Source: Escherichia phage 235Ecol030PP
Direction: 5' to 3' (one strand)
Sequence record: PP355091.1
DNA: 64,000 bases
Shown: in pieces, positions 1 to 10,086 of the stretch
Layout of the letters: every line of letters starts with the position of its first letter
Numbering within the stretch: the stretch's first letter is position 1
Program-made: the position numbers and the translations under genes
Notes under the pieces: generated by a model
What the model was told of the DNA's origin: nothing
The model's database searches: none
Seen by the model: the letters and a program-made list of their open reading frames with translations, nothing else

Positions 1-11
1 AATTTTCCTTA

Positions 12-2189
12 TTAGGCCGCAAGGGCCTTCATAGTTTTAGCGATTTGGGAAACTTCATCATCACTTAAAGAACTGCGATATCCGATGAAGTCGGAAACAA
101 TACGGAATTTCTTGGTAAACTCAGCAACCATTTTATCACTGTTTTTTGAAGCATTATTTGATAATACATCAAAAAGATTAGTTACTGTCCAGATGTCATG
201 ACCAATGGTATCTTTTCCACCATTAAAATATACACCGCGCAATGAACTAACTATATTAGCGAGTCGTGTATATTCTTCAGAAACTTCATCTGTACTGAAG
301 TACTTCATCATAAAATCTAGTTCAGGATACTTGATAATTTTATCAATATATCGTTGAGCTGAACTTGAATAACCTACATACTTATCATAATCTACATCAT
401 CAAAAGCATCTACATATAAATCACGCAAAGCTTCAAAAATACATTGGCACTGACCGAGTTCTTTTACCTTTTTCTGCAAAAGCGGACGAATAACATAAAA
501 TTCATTAATGCCAATAAGATTAGCCATACGAATCAAAATATTCATAGATGGATGACAAAGAGATGTAGTACCATCCATAGAGAAAATATCAGAACGATGC
601 ATATACGCTACATACCCAGTAATTTCATCTGCTTCTGATGTAAGCGTAAATAATTCCTCTTTTTCCCAGCGCCCGTCTTTAATTTCAAACTTAAATGCTG
701 TAGCAGCTTTAGGACGAGGAGCTTTACTTTTAACTACCTTTGGAATATAGCTTTTAACTAAAGCTTCAATTTCTGACAAATAATGAATGTTAACTTCATC
801 ACTTTCAAACATTGCCATAATATCAGGAAGCAAATCAATCTGCGATTCTACTTCTGGGTTAATAAACAGAAGACGCTCATTGTGATGAATATTCAAAGTG
901 TTATTAAATTCACTATCATCTAACGCATGTGCTAATCCACGGACAATATTAACACGATTTTTAATATTATCAATAACGATATTAATTTTTGTTGTATTAA
1001 TACCAAACAGACGATAACTTGATGCAACGGCTGAAGTTTCATGACTTTGCTTAATGCGCTTCAGTCGAGGGTCAAGATTTACTTCATACACAACCCCTGC
1101 ATTACATAACTTACTGTCAGGTTCAAACATGCTCTGCATCTTTTTATATGACAGATTTTTAGTCGTGAATTTGACTGAATTGCTAATCATATAATCTCGA
1201 GCAGAATACCCCATCTTCATCAATTCACGATATGTGTGACGAGGAGATGTAGATTCTTTAAATCGTTTTACATCTTCATTAAATGCTTTCTCACTAAGCT
1301 CTTTAACTCGTTCAATAATATTTTTACGAGTACGATCATCCAGTGAAAGAGCTTCACGTGATGGAGCAATATCAAGTGAACCCATTGGAAACTTAATGTA
1401 ATTCACTTCATTGCGAATGCTTAGCCAGTTACGGTCTCTAATAACACCATCGATAGGATAAACAATACCGCCGTAGATAGCATATAATCCGCCACGATCA
1501 GGCCAGTATCTTTCTGGATTTACACCATAATAATCATCAAAATCCGGAAAATAATCAATTTCGCGGTCAAGACCATTAATGATAGCCAAATCTTTGAACG
1601 GTCGCATGATATAAGAAACTTCATAAGCAAAGTTTCTAAAGTCTTTTTCTTCAACTGGAACTACGATTTCAATACCAGTTTTATCATCTGGACCCATTTC
1701 TTTTACGAATGTAGGTTTAATCTGTGGACCATCACCATCCATGTAAGCTACATAACCACGAATTTCACCTTTATGATACGAAGTAATACTAAACGTATCA
1801 GTATAACTAAACGGAGATTTAGAACCTAAACCAAATCCGCCAATGAAATCGTTAGATTCAGCCTTAGATGAACTGAAGTATGAATTATACAACCCAGGAG
1901 AATTATCATCACCCTGAATATCAAAATCACTCATACCCGGACCAAAATCTCGGCAAACAAATCGTGGATCTAAACGTCCAGGAACTTGTATGATAAATTT
2001 TTCAGGATTTCCATTGAGAGCATGGGCATCAATCATGTTGGTAATTAATTCACGGACTACTGCGCGAATCTTGTTTGTATACAAATCAGATGATAGAATT
2101 TTAAATACTTTAGGAGATGCTGTGATGCTAAATGCTTTTGATTTAGAACCATTACCAAGAATTGTTTCTTTTTCAGTGGTGATAATCAT
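12..2189 (-). CDS. rIIA: rIIA-like protein, 725 aa
   Basis: 725-aa ORF with GHKL/Bergerat-like N-terminal segment ([10 protein letters not shown]); size and position next to topoisomerase gene match T-even rIIA; recalled, not searched. Confidence 0.85.
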   Translation of the reverse strand: MIITTEKETILGNGSKSKAFSITASPKVFKILSSDLYTNKIRAVVRELITNMIDAHALNGNPEKFIIQVPGRLDPRFVCRDFGPGMSDFDIQGDDNSPGLYNSYFSSSKAESNDFIGGFGLGSKSPFSYTDTFSITSYHKGEIRGYVAYMDGDGPQIKPTFVKEMGPDDKTGIEIVVPVEEKDFRNFAYEVSYIMRPFKDLAIINGLDREIDYFPDFDDYYGVNPERYWPDRGGLYAIYGGIVYPIDGVIRDRNWLSIRNEVNYIKFPMGSLDIAPSREALSLDDRTRKNIIERVKELSEKAFNEDVKRFKESTSPRHTYRELMKMGYSARDYMISNSVKFTTKNLSYKKMQSMFEPDSKLCNAGVVYEVNLDPRLKRIKQSHETSAVASSYRLFGINTTKINIVIDNIKNRVNIVRGLAHALDDSEFNNTLNIHHNERLLFINPEVESQIDLLPDIMAMFESDEVNIHYLSEIEALVKSYIPKVVKSKAPRPKAATAFKFEIKDGRWEKEELFTLTSEADEITGYVAYMHRSDIFSMDGTTSLCHPSMNILIRMANLIGINEFYVIRPLLQKKVKELGQCQCIFEALRDLYVDAFDDVDYDKYVGYSSSAQRYIDKIIKYPELDFMMKYFSTDEVSEEYTRLANIVSSLRGVYFNGGKDTIGHDIWTVTNLFDVLSNNASKNSDKMVAEFTKKFRIVSDFIGYRSSLSDDEVSQIAKTMKALAA

Positions 2190-2199
2190 AATTTCCTCA

Positions 2200-2403
2200 T
2201 TAATTCATATTGCGTTTAATAACTTCAGCAACTTCTAGTAGTTCATCTTTAGTTGCGGTGTCGGATTGAATTTTATCTCTAATATCTTTAAAGCGGTTTT
2301 TAAATTCTTCGGCTTCTCCCATATCGAAAAAGCGTTGAATGATTCTATATTCTCGATGAACTGCTTTATCAAAAAGTTCTAAATTTACTTTATATGATTT
2401 CAT
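2200..2403 (-). CDS. hypothetical protein, 67 aa (positional equivalent of rIIA.1)
   Basis: compact ORF between topoisomerase gene and rIIA, downstream of an early promoter. Confidence 0.55.
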   Translation of the reverse strand: MKSYKVNLELFDKAVHREYRIIQRFFDMGEAEEFKNRFKDIRDKIQSDTATKDELLEVAEVIKRNMN

Positions 2404-2428
2404 TTCAATATCCTCATTTGCCCAATTA

Positions 2429-2458
2429 ATTATACCACATCCTTGTGGTAAAGTAAAC
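2429..2458 (-). promoter_or_regulatory. T4-type early promoter (GTTTAC -35, TGnTATAAT -10)
   Basis: minus strand GTTTAC-18nt-TATAAT with TGG extension. Confidence 0.7.
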
Positions 2459-4278
2459 TACTGGCTCATCCATTCTTTACGAAGGTCAGCATTATCTCCC
2501 ATGAGCATTTCAAAAAGCTCTTTCCAGTTCTCAGGAAGTTTAACAACATCATATACTGGGTTTTGAATCATCTCACGATATTCAGATTTTTCCAAAGAGC
2601 CAAGTCCCTTAATATAACGGATGCTATGTTTAGGTAGAGTATCTTTGGCACTCTCATATTCAGCGACTGTATAAAACCATTCTTGTTTTTTACCGACCTG
2701 AGCGATGATTACAGGAGTTTTGACAAAGCGAATTCGTCCTTGCTCAAACAATTCTGGCCAATTACTAAAAAATCCGAGCAGAGAAGGATAAATGCTTCCT
2801 AGACCATCATGGTCAGCATCAGTCATAATAGCGATATTATGATAATTCAAGTTTTCAGCTTTTTCACCAAGAACTAGACCAGTTATTGCGCAAATATCAA
2901 ACAGTTCTTTGTTTTTAAGCATATCTGCATAAGACATACCCCAACTGTTGAGAACTTTACCACGTAATGGATAACCACCGTGAAGTTCTTTATCACGAAC
3001 ATCAATAAGATATCCGATAGCCGAATCACCCTCAGTCAAGAAAAGAGTAGTGTCAGCATCTTTACCACAAAGATTCGCTTTAATATGTTTATGAACCTTA
3101 GCTTTAGAAGCCTTTTTAGCCGCTTTAGTTTCTGCTGCTTTTTCTGCCGCCAATTTACGAGCTAATGCTGCTTCAATAATCGGCATTAAAATTGCTTCAT
3201 TATTTAGAATAGCACGTGAAATCTTTTTAGCATCAAGTTGAATATGACTACGGATTTCACCAAATGGAGAAGTCAAACGCTCTTTAGTTTGAGAATCAAA
3301 TCGCATGTTTTTCATATCACGAACAAACATAACGATAGTCAAACATTCTTTGACACGCGCTTTAGTTACATCAATTTTGAATTTACGTTTGATTTGTGGA
3401 ATAAGGTCTTCACAAATATCATCCATAACACAGTCAATGTGATGGCCACCATTCTTAGTGTGAATGTTATTCACATAAGTTAATTGACGAAAACCATCCG
3501 GTGAACGACCAACCGCAATAGAACAATTTTCTTGTTCTTGAACGATAGCATGTTCATCATACTGTCGTGCATATTTCTTAAAATTGCCCTGAACCTTTTT
3601 ACCATTAAAGGTAAATTGAATATCAGGATAAACTACTGCAAGTGTCTGGAGACGATCCAGTGTAATGTCAAGATAAACTTGGGACAGCTCATTAGTTTCA
3701 AATGACATAAAATCTGGAATGAAAGTAACACGAGTTCCTTTCCATTTTCCAGGAATAGTTTCCCAGGATTTATTTTCCATGCCATTTGAACAACGAACTA
3801 CAATATTATTTTGACCATCGCCAGTTTCACCAACAAACATCACAGAAAAAATGTTTGTCAAACTAGAACCAACACCATTCATACCGCCAGTGACGCGTTC
3901 TTTATCATCACCGAAGTTACCACCTGCTTTTGGAATAGTCCATGCAGCAACAGGACCAGGAATTTCTTCACCGGTAGGTGTTTTAACCATCGCCTGTGGA
4001 ATACCACGACCGTTATCTTCAACTGTTACTTGATTGTTTTTAATAGTAACATTAATTTTATTTGCGAATTTAAACTTAGTACGAATACCTTCATCTACTG
4101 AGTTATCGATAATTTCATCAATAAGCTTAACAAGACCAGGTACATACTGAACACTTTCCCATTTACCAAACAGAAAGCGCTCATGCATTTCATTAGCAGA
4201 AGAGCCAATGTACATGCCGCTACGCTTTTTGATATGTTCAATATCGCTCAGAATTTTAATTTCATTCTTAATCATCAC
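2458..4278 (-). CDS. 39: DNA topoisomerase II large subunit (GyrB-like ATPase + Toprim), unsplit 606 aa
   Basis: KRSGMYIGS ATPase N-terminus, GHKL motifs, Toprim LTEGDSA and DxD (TDADHDG); continuous ORF, no internal stop or bypass gap. Confidence 0.9.
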   Translation of the reverse strand: MMIKNEIKILSDIEHIKKRSGMYIGSSANEMHERFLFGKWESVQYVPGLVKLIDEIIDNSVDEGIRTKFKFANKINVTIKNNQVTVEDNGRGIPQAMVKTPTGEEIPGPVAAWTIPKAGGNFGDDKERVTGGMNGVGSSLTNIFSVMFVGETGDGQNNIVVRCSNGMENKSWETIPGKWKGTRVTFIPDFMSFETNELSQVYLDITLDRLQTLAVVYPDIQFTFNGKKVQGNFKKYARQYDEHAIVQEQENCSIAVGRSPDGFRQLTYVNNIHTKNGGHHIDCVMDDICEDLIPQIKRKFKIDVTKARVKECLTIVMFVRDMKNMRFDSQTKERLTSPFGEIRSHIQLDAKKISRAILNNEAILMPIIEAALARKLAAEKAAETKAAKKASKAKVHKHIKANLCGKDADTTLFLTEGDSAIGYLIDVRDKELHGGYPLRGKVLNSWGMSYADMLKNKELFDICAITGLVLGEKAENLNYHNIAIMTDADHDGLGSIYPSLLGFFSNWPELFEQGRIRFVKTPVIIAQVGKKQEWFYTVAEYESAKDTLPKHSIRYIKGLGSLEKSEYREMIQNPVYDVVKLPENWKELFEMLMGDNADLRKEWMSQ

Positions 4279-4330
4279 TTATCCTCGTTTGGTTTCGGGA
4301 ATATTATACTCCGGTAATCATAAAGTTAAA

Positions 4331-4342
4331 GGCCCGAAGGCC
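4331..4342 (-). other. UUCG-tetraloop hairpin upstream of the topoisomerase gene
   Basis: GGCC-UUCG-GGCC. Confidence 0.5.
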
Positions 4343-4344
4343 TT

Positions 4345-4605
4345 TTATTTAAAACGAATAGTTGAATCCTTAAAGAACAGCCCAGAACATACTGTTCCTT
4401 CTACTTTCTGCCCGGTAGGTCCAATAGCACGAAATCCAGTATGTTGGAAATCATTTTCAGAGCAACCGAGCCAGTTATATCCAGTGATTTCAATATTAGT
4501 AAAACCACTTGAAGACAAAACTTTGGTTGCATTATCAGCATCAGTACATCCTGCTAAAGACACTGCTAATACTAATGCTGCAATAGAACGATTAACATAT
4601 TTCAT
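4345..4605 (-). CDS. putative lipoprotein, 86 aa
   Basis: N-terminal signal peptide with lipobox (LAGC). Confidence 0.6.
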   Translation of the reverse strand: MKYVNRSIAALVLAVSLAGCTDADNATKVLSSSGFTNIEITGYNWLGCSENDFQHTGFRAIGPTGQKVEGTVCSGLFFKDSTIRFK

Positions 4606-4607
4606 AA

Positions 4608-4784
4608 TTACCCTTTAAGCAAGTCGTAAAATCCGCCATTCACATGCTTAGGAGCGGAAACTAACCGAATAGCAATCCGATGACAATCAGGACATACATC
4701 AGTATCCCTTTCAGAAATTTTCTTGATTTTTTCGTATTCTTTTGCGCAGTCTTTGGATTGGCATTTATAATCATAAAGCGGCAT
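4608..4784 (-). CDS. small zinc-ribbon protein (FmdB-like CxxC...CxxC), 58 aa
   Basis: ATG start 3 nt after upstream stop; two CxxC pairs (CQSKDC, CPDC); below ORF-track length cutoff, translated by hand. Confidence 0.45.
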   Translation of the reverse strand: MPLYDYKCQSKDCAKEYEKIKKISERDTDVCPDCHRIAIRLVSAPKHVNGGFYDLLKG

Positions 4785-4786
4785 AA

Positions 4787-5206
4787 TTATTCCTTAAAGT
4801 GAGCTTTCAACATCTGATACAAGGACCATGCTTGTTCATTATTTTCAATAGTAATTTTCATGACTGGGAATTCTGTGAAATCTTCTATTTGTTCTTGCTC
4901 TTCCTGCTCTTGTTCTTCAGCTGCCTGGTATGGATTTTCAACTTCATTAAAGAACTCGGCTTCGTTGCTAGAAAGCCAGATAAAGTTTTCGTCAATGACT
5001 GTACCTCGTGATGAATATCCAACTGTGCCAGTAGATGTCACAATTTTAGTAGGACGCCCGTAATAGTCAACATCTAAAATTTTAAAAGGTTCCATACCTA
5101 AACGCCGCGCATAGATTCCGTTATCAGTATGGTCTTTAATAAAATTTTCTTGAGCTTGTTTATTTTTAAATTGATACCATTTATTAACTTCAAATTTAAT
5201 AGCCAT
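4787..5206 (-). CDS. hypothetical protein with acidic EQ-repeat, 139 aa
   Basis: ORF with [10 protein letters not shown] low-complexity segment; coupled to downstream gene. Confidence 0.6.
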   Translation of the reverse strand: MAIKFEVNKWYQFKNKQAQENFIKDHTDNGIYARRLGMEPFKILDVDYYGRPTKIVTSTGTVGYSSRGTVIDENFIWLSSNEAEFFNEVENPYQAAEEQEQEEQEQIEDFTEFPVMKITIENNEQAWSLYQMLKAHFKE

Positions 5207-5421
5207 TAATAAATTTCCTTCCAGTAAGTTGTGCCATCTTCAGTAATTTCACGAAATACACCATAAATTGGCTGTTTATCGCCGACTTTCTCATACACAT
5301 AAACAGAAGTCAAGTGAGTAAACTTGCTAGTATGTTCCTTTTGAACTACTACCAAATCTGGATCGAATAATACATCTTCAAATTCGTCATTAGTGCAGTT
5401 CTGAACAATTTTACGTTTCAT
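5206..5421 (-). CDS. hypothetical protein, 71 aa (size and position resemble T4 cef)
   Basis: SD GAGGAAA before ATG; early promoter-like element upstream at ~5539-5568. Confidence 0.55.
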   Translation of the reverse strand: MKRKIVQNCTNDEFEDVLFDPDLVVVQKEHTSKFTHLTSVYVYEKVGDKQPIYGVFREITEDGTTYWKEIY

Positions 5422-5592
5422 TACAATTTCCTCATTAATTGAACATTGGAGCGATGCGTTTCAGAAGAGTATCAGCACCTTTAGCGAATTTCCATTTTAT
5501 TCTCCAAGTTGTTTTCTATATCAGTAGTTGATATTGATATAGTACCATAATCAACTACTGATGTATATAGTTTTATGAAAAAATTTTAAACT

Positions 5593-6090
5593 TTATGCAC
5601 AGCGAGCTTTGCTATAGTGTTTAATCCAACTTTCAGGAATGACTTTGTATGTTCCTAAAAATACCGCGTTGTACAGCTTAACACCATCTTCTACCCACTG
5701 ATCGGTAATGTATGCGCACATAGCACGAGTACGGTGTTTTTGAACAACCCCTTCCTCATCTTCAGTAAATTCAAACTCATAAGGAGCAATGAACTTGATA
5801 GCTTGACCAAGTTTCCACTTAAAGTCTACACCTACATGCGAAGTATCAATCGTTTCAATTCCTTTAGCGGGAACAGCTTTCAAAAACGCAGATTCAAGAA
5901 ATTTCGCGCGAACATAACCAAACTGAGGTTTAGACTTTCCATCTTTAGGAATGATACGCACTTTTACTTCAGAATCTTCATCTTTAACGCCGTGTTTAAG
6001 CTGAATGCTTACAATTTCGACCAATTTTCCTGCTGCTTTAGAACGGGATTTATCAGATACACGAGCAATTTCACCAATATTAATAATCAT
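5593..6090 (-). CDS. hypothetical protein, 165 aa (paralog of 6167..6706)
   Basis: ORF; C-terminal block TDQWVEDGVKLYNAVF shared with neighbour. Confidence 0.65.
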   Translation of the reverse strand: MIINIGEIARVSDKSRSKAAGKLVEIVSIQLKHGVKDEDSEVKVRIIPKDGKSKPQFGYVRAKFLESAFLKAVPAKGIETIDTSHVGVDFKWKLGQAIKFIAPYEFEFTEDEEGVVQKHRTRAMCAYITDQWVEDGVKLYNAVFLGTYKVIPESWIKHYSKARCA

Positions 6091-6166
6091 AGTTATCTCT
6101 CACTTGTTAAAAAGATTTTATACTCCACGGGACCATTATACTCTGGTCCCAAGAGTTTGTAAACTA

Positions 6167-6706
6167 TTAATTCAAAATAGCTACCACTGCACTACGAGGT
6201 ACTACGCTAAAATCACCTGCATGAACAACGTTCAGAAGTTCAACACCATCTTCAATCCATTGGTCTGTTACCCAACCACAGACCGAAATAAATGGAGTCT
6301 TGATAGCTACCGCATGAGTTAGAAGGTCAGTAGGATCGCATTCTTGGAAGAGAATAAGCTCTGCTTCAAAGACTATAGTTTTAATTACTTCATCATTATC
6401 TAAGCGATGTGCTCGAATCACATAAGCTTTATTCTTATCATGCCAATTACTTTTTGAAAAACTTTTAACCACAAACTCGCCTTCACCAAAAACACTGGTC
6501 AATGCTTTATAACCCAAATTTAGTTCAGTAGTTTTAATTTCAGTTTCAACCAGTTTGTAGGTTTTGCCAATTTCAATAGCGGTAGTCATAGTAGGTTCCT
6601 TAATTTCCAGTGGTTTAACAGGGCATACATAAGTGCTTACAACATCAAAATCAATCAGTTTAGCTACCGGATTTGGTATGTATTCAGGATTATAATTAAA
6701 TTTCAT
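6167..6706 (-). CDS. hypothetical protein, 179 aa (paralog of 5593..6090)
   Basis: ORF; C-terminal block TDQWIEDGVELLNVVH shared with neighbour. Confidence 0.65.
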   Translation of the reverse strand: MKFNYNPEYIPNPVAKLIDFDVVSTYVCPVKPLEIKEPTMTTAIEIGKTYKLVETEIKTTELNLGYKALTSVFGEGEFVVKSFSKSNWHDKNKAYVIRAHRLDNDEVIKTIVFEAELILFQECDPTDLLTHAVAIKTPFISVCGWVTDQWIEDGVELLNVVHAGDFSVVPRSAVVAILN

Positions 6707-6708
6707 AA

Positions 6709-7209
6709 TTATCTCATTTCAATAAAATCTACGAGTTCAGCATGGGATTTACGGAACATTACTTGGTGCCCGCCAATGATAACTTCATCTTCAGGAACTT
6801 CGTATACAGCGAGATAAAATCCTTTAGAAGATAATTCTTCCCGCTCTTCTCGTGTGAACCATCTCATCATATCATATTCGCTAGCGAAAGCAAAATGATA
6901 AAGAGCTATAAACCATCCTGGAATATGATATTCTACTCCAACATAATCTTTCTTGAACTTAGTATTAATTACTATATTAGCGTTTTTAACTAATAGTTTA
7001 TCTTCGTGTGGTAAAGGAATTCTTTTATTATTATCGCTATGATGCATAAAATTAGGTCTGTCATAACCTACGTGTAATAACCACTCTTCACTCCATGAAT
7101 CTATTATACTTCTATATGGCGTTATTTGAACACAAAGATTTCGACGTATTGTTATAGCATCTTCATAATTAAGAATACTAAAAGATGATTCAACACGATA
7201 AATTTTCAT
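6709..7209 (-). CDS. hypothetical protein, ~166 aa
   Basis: start trimmed to ATG preceded by SD GAGGA; the longer track ORF runs into the upstream promoter. Confidence 0.55.
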   Translation of the reverse strand: MKIYRVESSFSILNYEDAITIRRNLCVQITPYRSIIDSWSEEWLLHVGYDRPNFMHHSDNNKRIPLPHEDKLLVKNANIVINTKFKKDYVGVEYHIPGWFIALYHFAFASEYDMMRWFTREEREELSSKGFYLAVYEVPEDEVIIGGHQVMFRKSHAELVDFIEMR

Positions 7210-7234
7210 TTTATTATCCTCAGTAGCTATGGTG

Positions 7235-7266
7235 TTATAATACCACAACTAACCGAGGAAGTAAAC
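7235..7266 (-). promoter_or_regulatory. T4-type early promoter
   Basis: GTTTAC then ~18 nt then TATTAT on minus strand. Confidence 0.55.
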
Positions 7267-7272
7267 AACTTT

Positions 7273-7956
7273 TTATCGTTTTGTTGGAAGAGACAGAGGA
7301 TCGCACTCTTCCTCTGACGGAGCATCTTCAAGACCCATAGCGTATCGCAAAGCATACTTCATCATCAGGATGTCTTTCGCACAGTCATGAATAGAATTAT
7401 GCGCAACGAATCCATCTAAAGTTCCTTTTGGAAGAGGACATGTGGTCATATCACGAACAAGCAGAAGTGCTTCAATTCTGGTACGAATATCACGCTGATT
7501 CCAAAATTTACAAGGTTCTAACTTAAATGTATCAAGCTCATTCTCAGAAACACCATTAAGACGTTGAATATCGCGAATGAGATCGACTAAAATTGGAAAA
7601 TCAAACGACATTCCACGGCACCAGCCTTGAGATTTCCAAGGATCGATATTATGCGCATTGATGTAATCATTAAATTTTACAATACCATCGATAGTGCTTA
7701 CATCTTCATCTGATGGTGCAATATTTTTTCGAGCTTCAGGAGATTGGTTCTTCCACCATTCAATAGTGCTTTTAGTAAAAAGACGATGTCCTTTTTGGCT
7801 TTTTAAATCAAATTTGATTTTAATGCCACGTGAAACTAATTCATCGAATGTTTCAACGACTTCTGGATTAGGGTCAAAAGCAATTACAGCCAAATCAATA
7901 ACAGCTGCTTTTTCGCCGCTTCCCATTGTTTCAAAATCTATAATAAAATCAAACAT
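7273..7956 (-). CDS. dexA: exonuclease A (DnaQ-like DEDDh 3'-5' exonuclease), 227 aa
   Basis: Exo I motif IDFET near N-terminus, Exo III H-x4-D (HNSIHD); size and position match T-even dexA. Confidence 0.8.
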   Translation of the reverse strand: MFDFIIDFETMGSGEKAAVIDLAVIAFDPNPEVVETFDELVSRGIKIKFDLKSQKGHRLFTKSTIEWWKNQSPEARKNIAPSDEDVSTIDGIVKFNDYINAHNIDPWKSQGWCRGMSFDFPILVDLIRDIQRLNGVSENELDTFKLEPCKFWNQRDIRTRIEALLLVRDMTTCPLPKGTLDGFVAHNSIHDCAKDILMMKYALRYAMGLEDAPSEEECDPLSLPTKR

Positions 7957-8159
7957 TAAATTTTCCTTGCTAAATCGCGAATTTGACCTACAGTATAGTC
8001 TTGAATATAAACTTTATTAATGGGCTCATCAATAAATTTTGCCACAGATTCAATGTCTTTTTGTATCTCTTCAAGACTGTATACTATCTTTGAAGCTTTT
8101 TCGCGAATAGTAATATTTTCAGGACCTGGATTTTCTTCAATGACATCTTTAACACTTGT
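7956..8159 (-). CDS. small hypothetical protein (paralog of 8191..8451); start uncertain
   Basis: shares LEEI..D and I.DY..G.I motifs with neighbour; start set at an internal Met to avoid overlap. Confidence 0.45.
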   Translation of the reverse strand, partial: TSVKDVIEENPGPENITIREKASKIVYSLEEIQKDIESVAKFIDEPINKVYIQDYTVGQIRDLARKI

Positions 8160-8190
8160 CATAAGAGATTTAAACTGCCACCAACTTAAT

Positions 8191-8451
8191 TCAATCATTA
8201 ATAACCGCCTTATAAAGATAGCTAATTTCACCTAAAATATAATCACTGATTGTAACAGTTTTTACTTCACCACAAAAGAATTCTAACGCAATCAAATCTC
8301 GTTCAATTTCTTCCAATTGAAGCATTAACTTGCCTGATTCAGTTTTCACATTTTTGCGATTTTTGCTATAAGCTATTTCATAAATTTCGCTTACTTTATC
8401 TTGAAGAAGATAAAACTGATCTTTAGTTATTTCCACGAATAGCTTCCTCAA
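8191..8451 (-). CDS. small hypothetical protein, 86 aa
   Basis: ORF immediately downstream of dda; paralogous to adjacent small ORF. Confidence 0.55.
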   Translation of the reverse strand: MRKLFVEITKDQFYLLQDKVSEIYEIAYSKNRKNVKTESGKLMLQLEEIERDLIALEFFCGEVKTVTISDYILGEISYLYKAVIND

Positions 8452-8457
8452 ATTTAA

Positions 8458-9777
8458 TCATACATAAAATACATCATAACGACCACGGGTAACACCAACA
8501 TAAAGAAGTTGTTGGGCCAATTCAGCATCTGCATAATGAATACAAGGCGTATAAATGAAAGCACGGTCTACAGACATACCCTGAGCTTTATGGAATGTTG
8601 ATGCAGGAAGTGCTTTCACTTTACTAAACTGTGATTTAGCATCCCAAAAATCACTCCATGGAGCTTTTCCGCCTTTGTTCCAATTTTTATAAGTTTCTGC
8701 CGTTTTACCTAAAAATAGGTTAAACTTATATAACTCTTCATCAGATGAAATTATTTTAATCTTTTCACGATAATATTCATCATCGCCATAAGTTTCTACT
8801 GTTAAATCCCAATGACGAATTAGATATTCTCCAGGAACACCACGAGCTTTAACAAATGTTGATGTATATTCTGCTTCTATAATACGAACTAATTGTCCGT
8901 TATTAAAAATAATTTCTGACACAGGCTTTCCATCAATTTTATATGTTTTAATTAATGGTTCCTGCATTACAATAATTTCACCGACAATAAAATCTTTATC
9001 AGTTTCAAAAATCTTTTTACGAATAATGCTATTTAACTTATCAACAGATTTATTCGTAAATGCCATTACGCGATTTTCAAACAAATCATCTAGAGATTTG
9101 ACGATTGAAAAATAATTTACCATAAAATCGCGTAAAGCGGTATCACCAGTAAATCCACGTACTCCATGCCCGTCAACAACTTTATCATAAATCCACTTAC
9201 CGCTACGAACGTCAGTAGCTACATCAATAATAGGAGCATTACTGCGTTTAACTTCAGTGAGTTCACACTGATAAAAATCTTTATGTGTAAAGAATGGACT
9301 GATATAAGCAGTATTTTCTCCTGGGTCAACAGGTCTAATTTGCTTATTATCACCTATTCCAATTATAGTACACCACGGCGGGATAGTTGAAAGCAGAATT
9401 TTAAATAGCTTTCTATCATACATTGACACTTCGTCGCAGATTAATACCCTGCATTTAGCTAAATCTGGTACTTCCTTCTGTTCAAAAAGAACATTTTCTT
9501 CATATGTTACTGGGTTAATTTTAAGAATACTATGAATAGTACTCGCTTCTTTCCCTGATAGTTTTGAAAGAATCTTTTTAGCTGCATGTGTAGGAGCTGC
9601 TAAAATAATACCAGTTTCACCCGTAGATATTAAAGCTTCAATGATGAATTTAGTAAGAGTAGTCTTACCAGTACCAGCAGGTCCATTAATAGTTACATGA
9701 TGTTTCTTTTCTTTAATAGCCCTCATAACGATGTTAAAGGCATTTTTCTGGCCTTCGGTCAAATCATCAAATGTCAT
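8458..9777 (-). CDS. dda: Dda-like SF1B DNA helicase, 439 aa
   Basis: Walker A GPAGTGKTT, Walker B LICDEVSM, SF1 helicase motifs; size matches T4 Dda. Confidence 0.9.
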   Translation of the reverse strand: MTFDDLTEGQKNAFNIVMRAIKEKKHHVTINGPAGTGKTTLTKFIIEALISTGETGIILAAPTHAAKKILSKLSGKEASTIHSILKINPVTYEENVLFEQKEVPDLAKCRVLICDEVSMYDRKLFKILLSTIPPWCTIIGIGDNKQIRPVDPGENTAYISPFFTHKDFYQCELTEVKRSNAPIIDVATDVRSGKWIYDKVVDGHGVRGFTGDTALRDFMVNYFSIVKSLDDLFENRVMAFTNKSVDKLNSIIRKKIFETDKDFIVGEIIVMQEPLIKTYKIDGKPVSEIIFNNGQLVRIIEAEYTSTFVKARGVPGEYLIRHWDLTVETYGDDEYYREKIKIISSDEELYKFNLFLGKTAETYKNWNKGGKAPWSDFWDAKSQFSKVKALPASTFHKAQGMSVDRAFIYTPCIHYADAELAQQLLYVGVTRGRYDVFYV

Positions 9778-10085
9778 CGTAAATTCCCTGCAATTGGTAT
9801 ACTAACAATACGCCCAGTATCTAAAATTCGCTGATATAATCTTTGTGTGTCTACGTCAGGCTTAACATGTTTAACTTCTATTTTATTAAACCAAAACTTG
9901 CGTGGAGTCTCAACTAATCTTGGAATTCCCTTGCCTAAAGCTAGTTGATACTGCTCTTTAAGAGTGGTAAATACTTTGTCAGCAATATTCCATTCAAAAA
10001 ATACAGCAGGACGATGTTCATCAAGTGGAACTGGCGCCGTAAATCCGTCTTTGTCTCGGTAAACTATCGCATACACATAAACCAT
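9774..10085 (-). CDS. hypothetical protein, 103 aa
   Basis: ORF coupled to dda start. Confidence 0.6.
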   Translation of the reverse strand: MVYVYAIVYRDKDGFTAPVPLDEHRPAVFFEWNIADKVFTTLKEQYQLALGKGIPRLVETPRKFWFNKIEVKHVKPDVDTQRLYQRILDTGRIVSIPIAGNLR

Positions 10086-10086
10086 A

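Noticed and set aside
444-638. Plus-strand ORFs of 60-140 codons lying inside minus-strand genes (e.g. 444-638, 1990-2238, 2980-3165, 3811-4101, 19422-19652, 25683-25916, 32065-33387, 54564-54851)
   Set aside because: They sit antisense within well-supported genes in AT-rich DNA, lack ribosome-binding sites, and have low-complexity or junk-like translations; treated as shadow ORFs.
2458-4278. Gene 60-style 50-nt translational bypass element inside the topoisomerase gene
   Set aside because: Looked for an internal stop with a take-off/landing codon pair; the ORF is continuous, so no bypass is present here.
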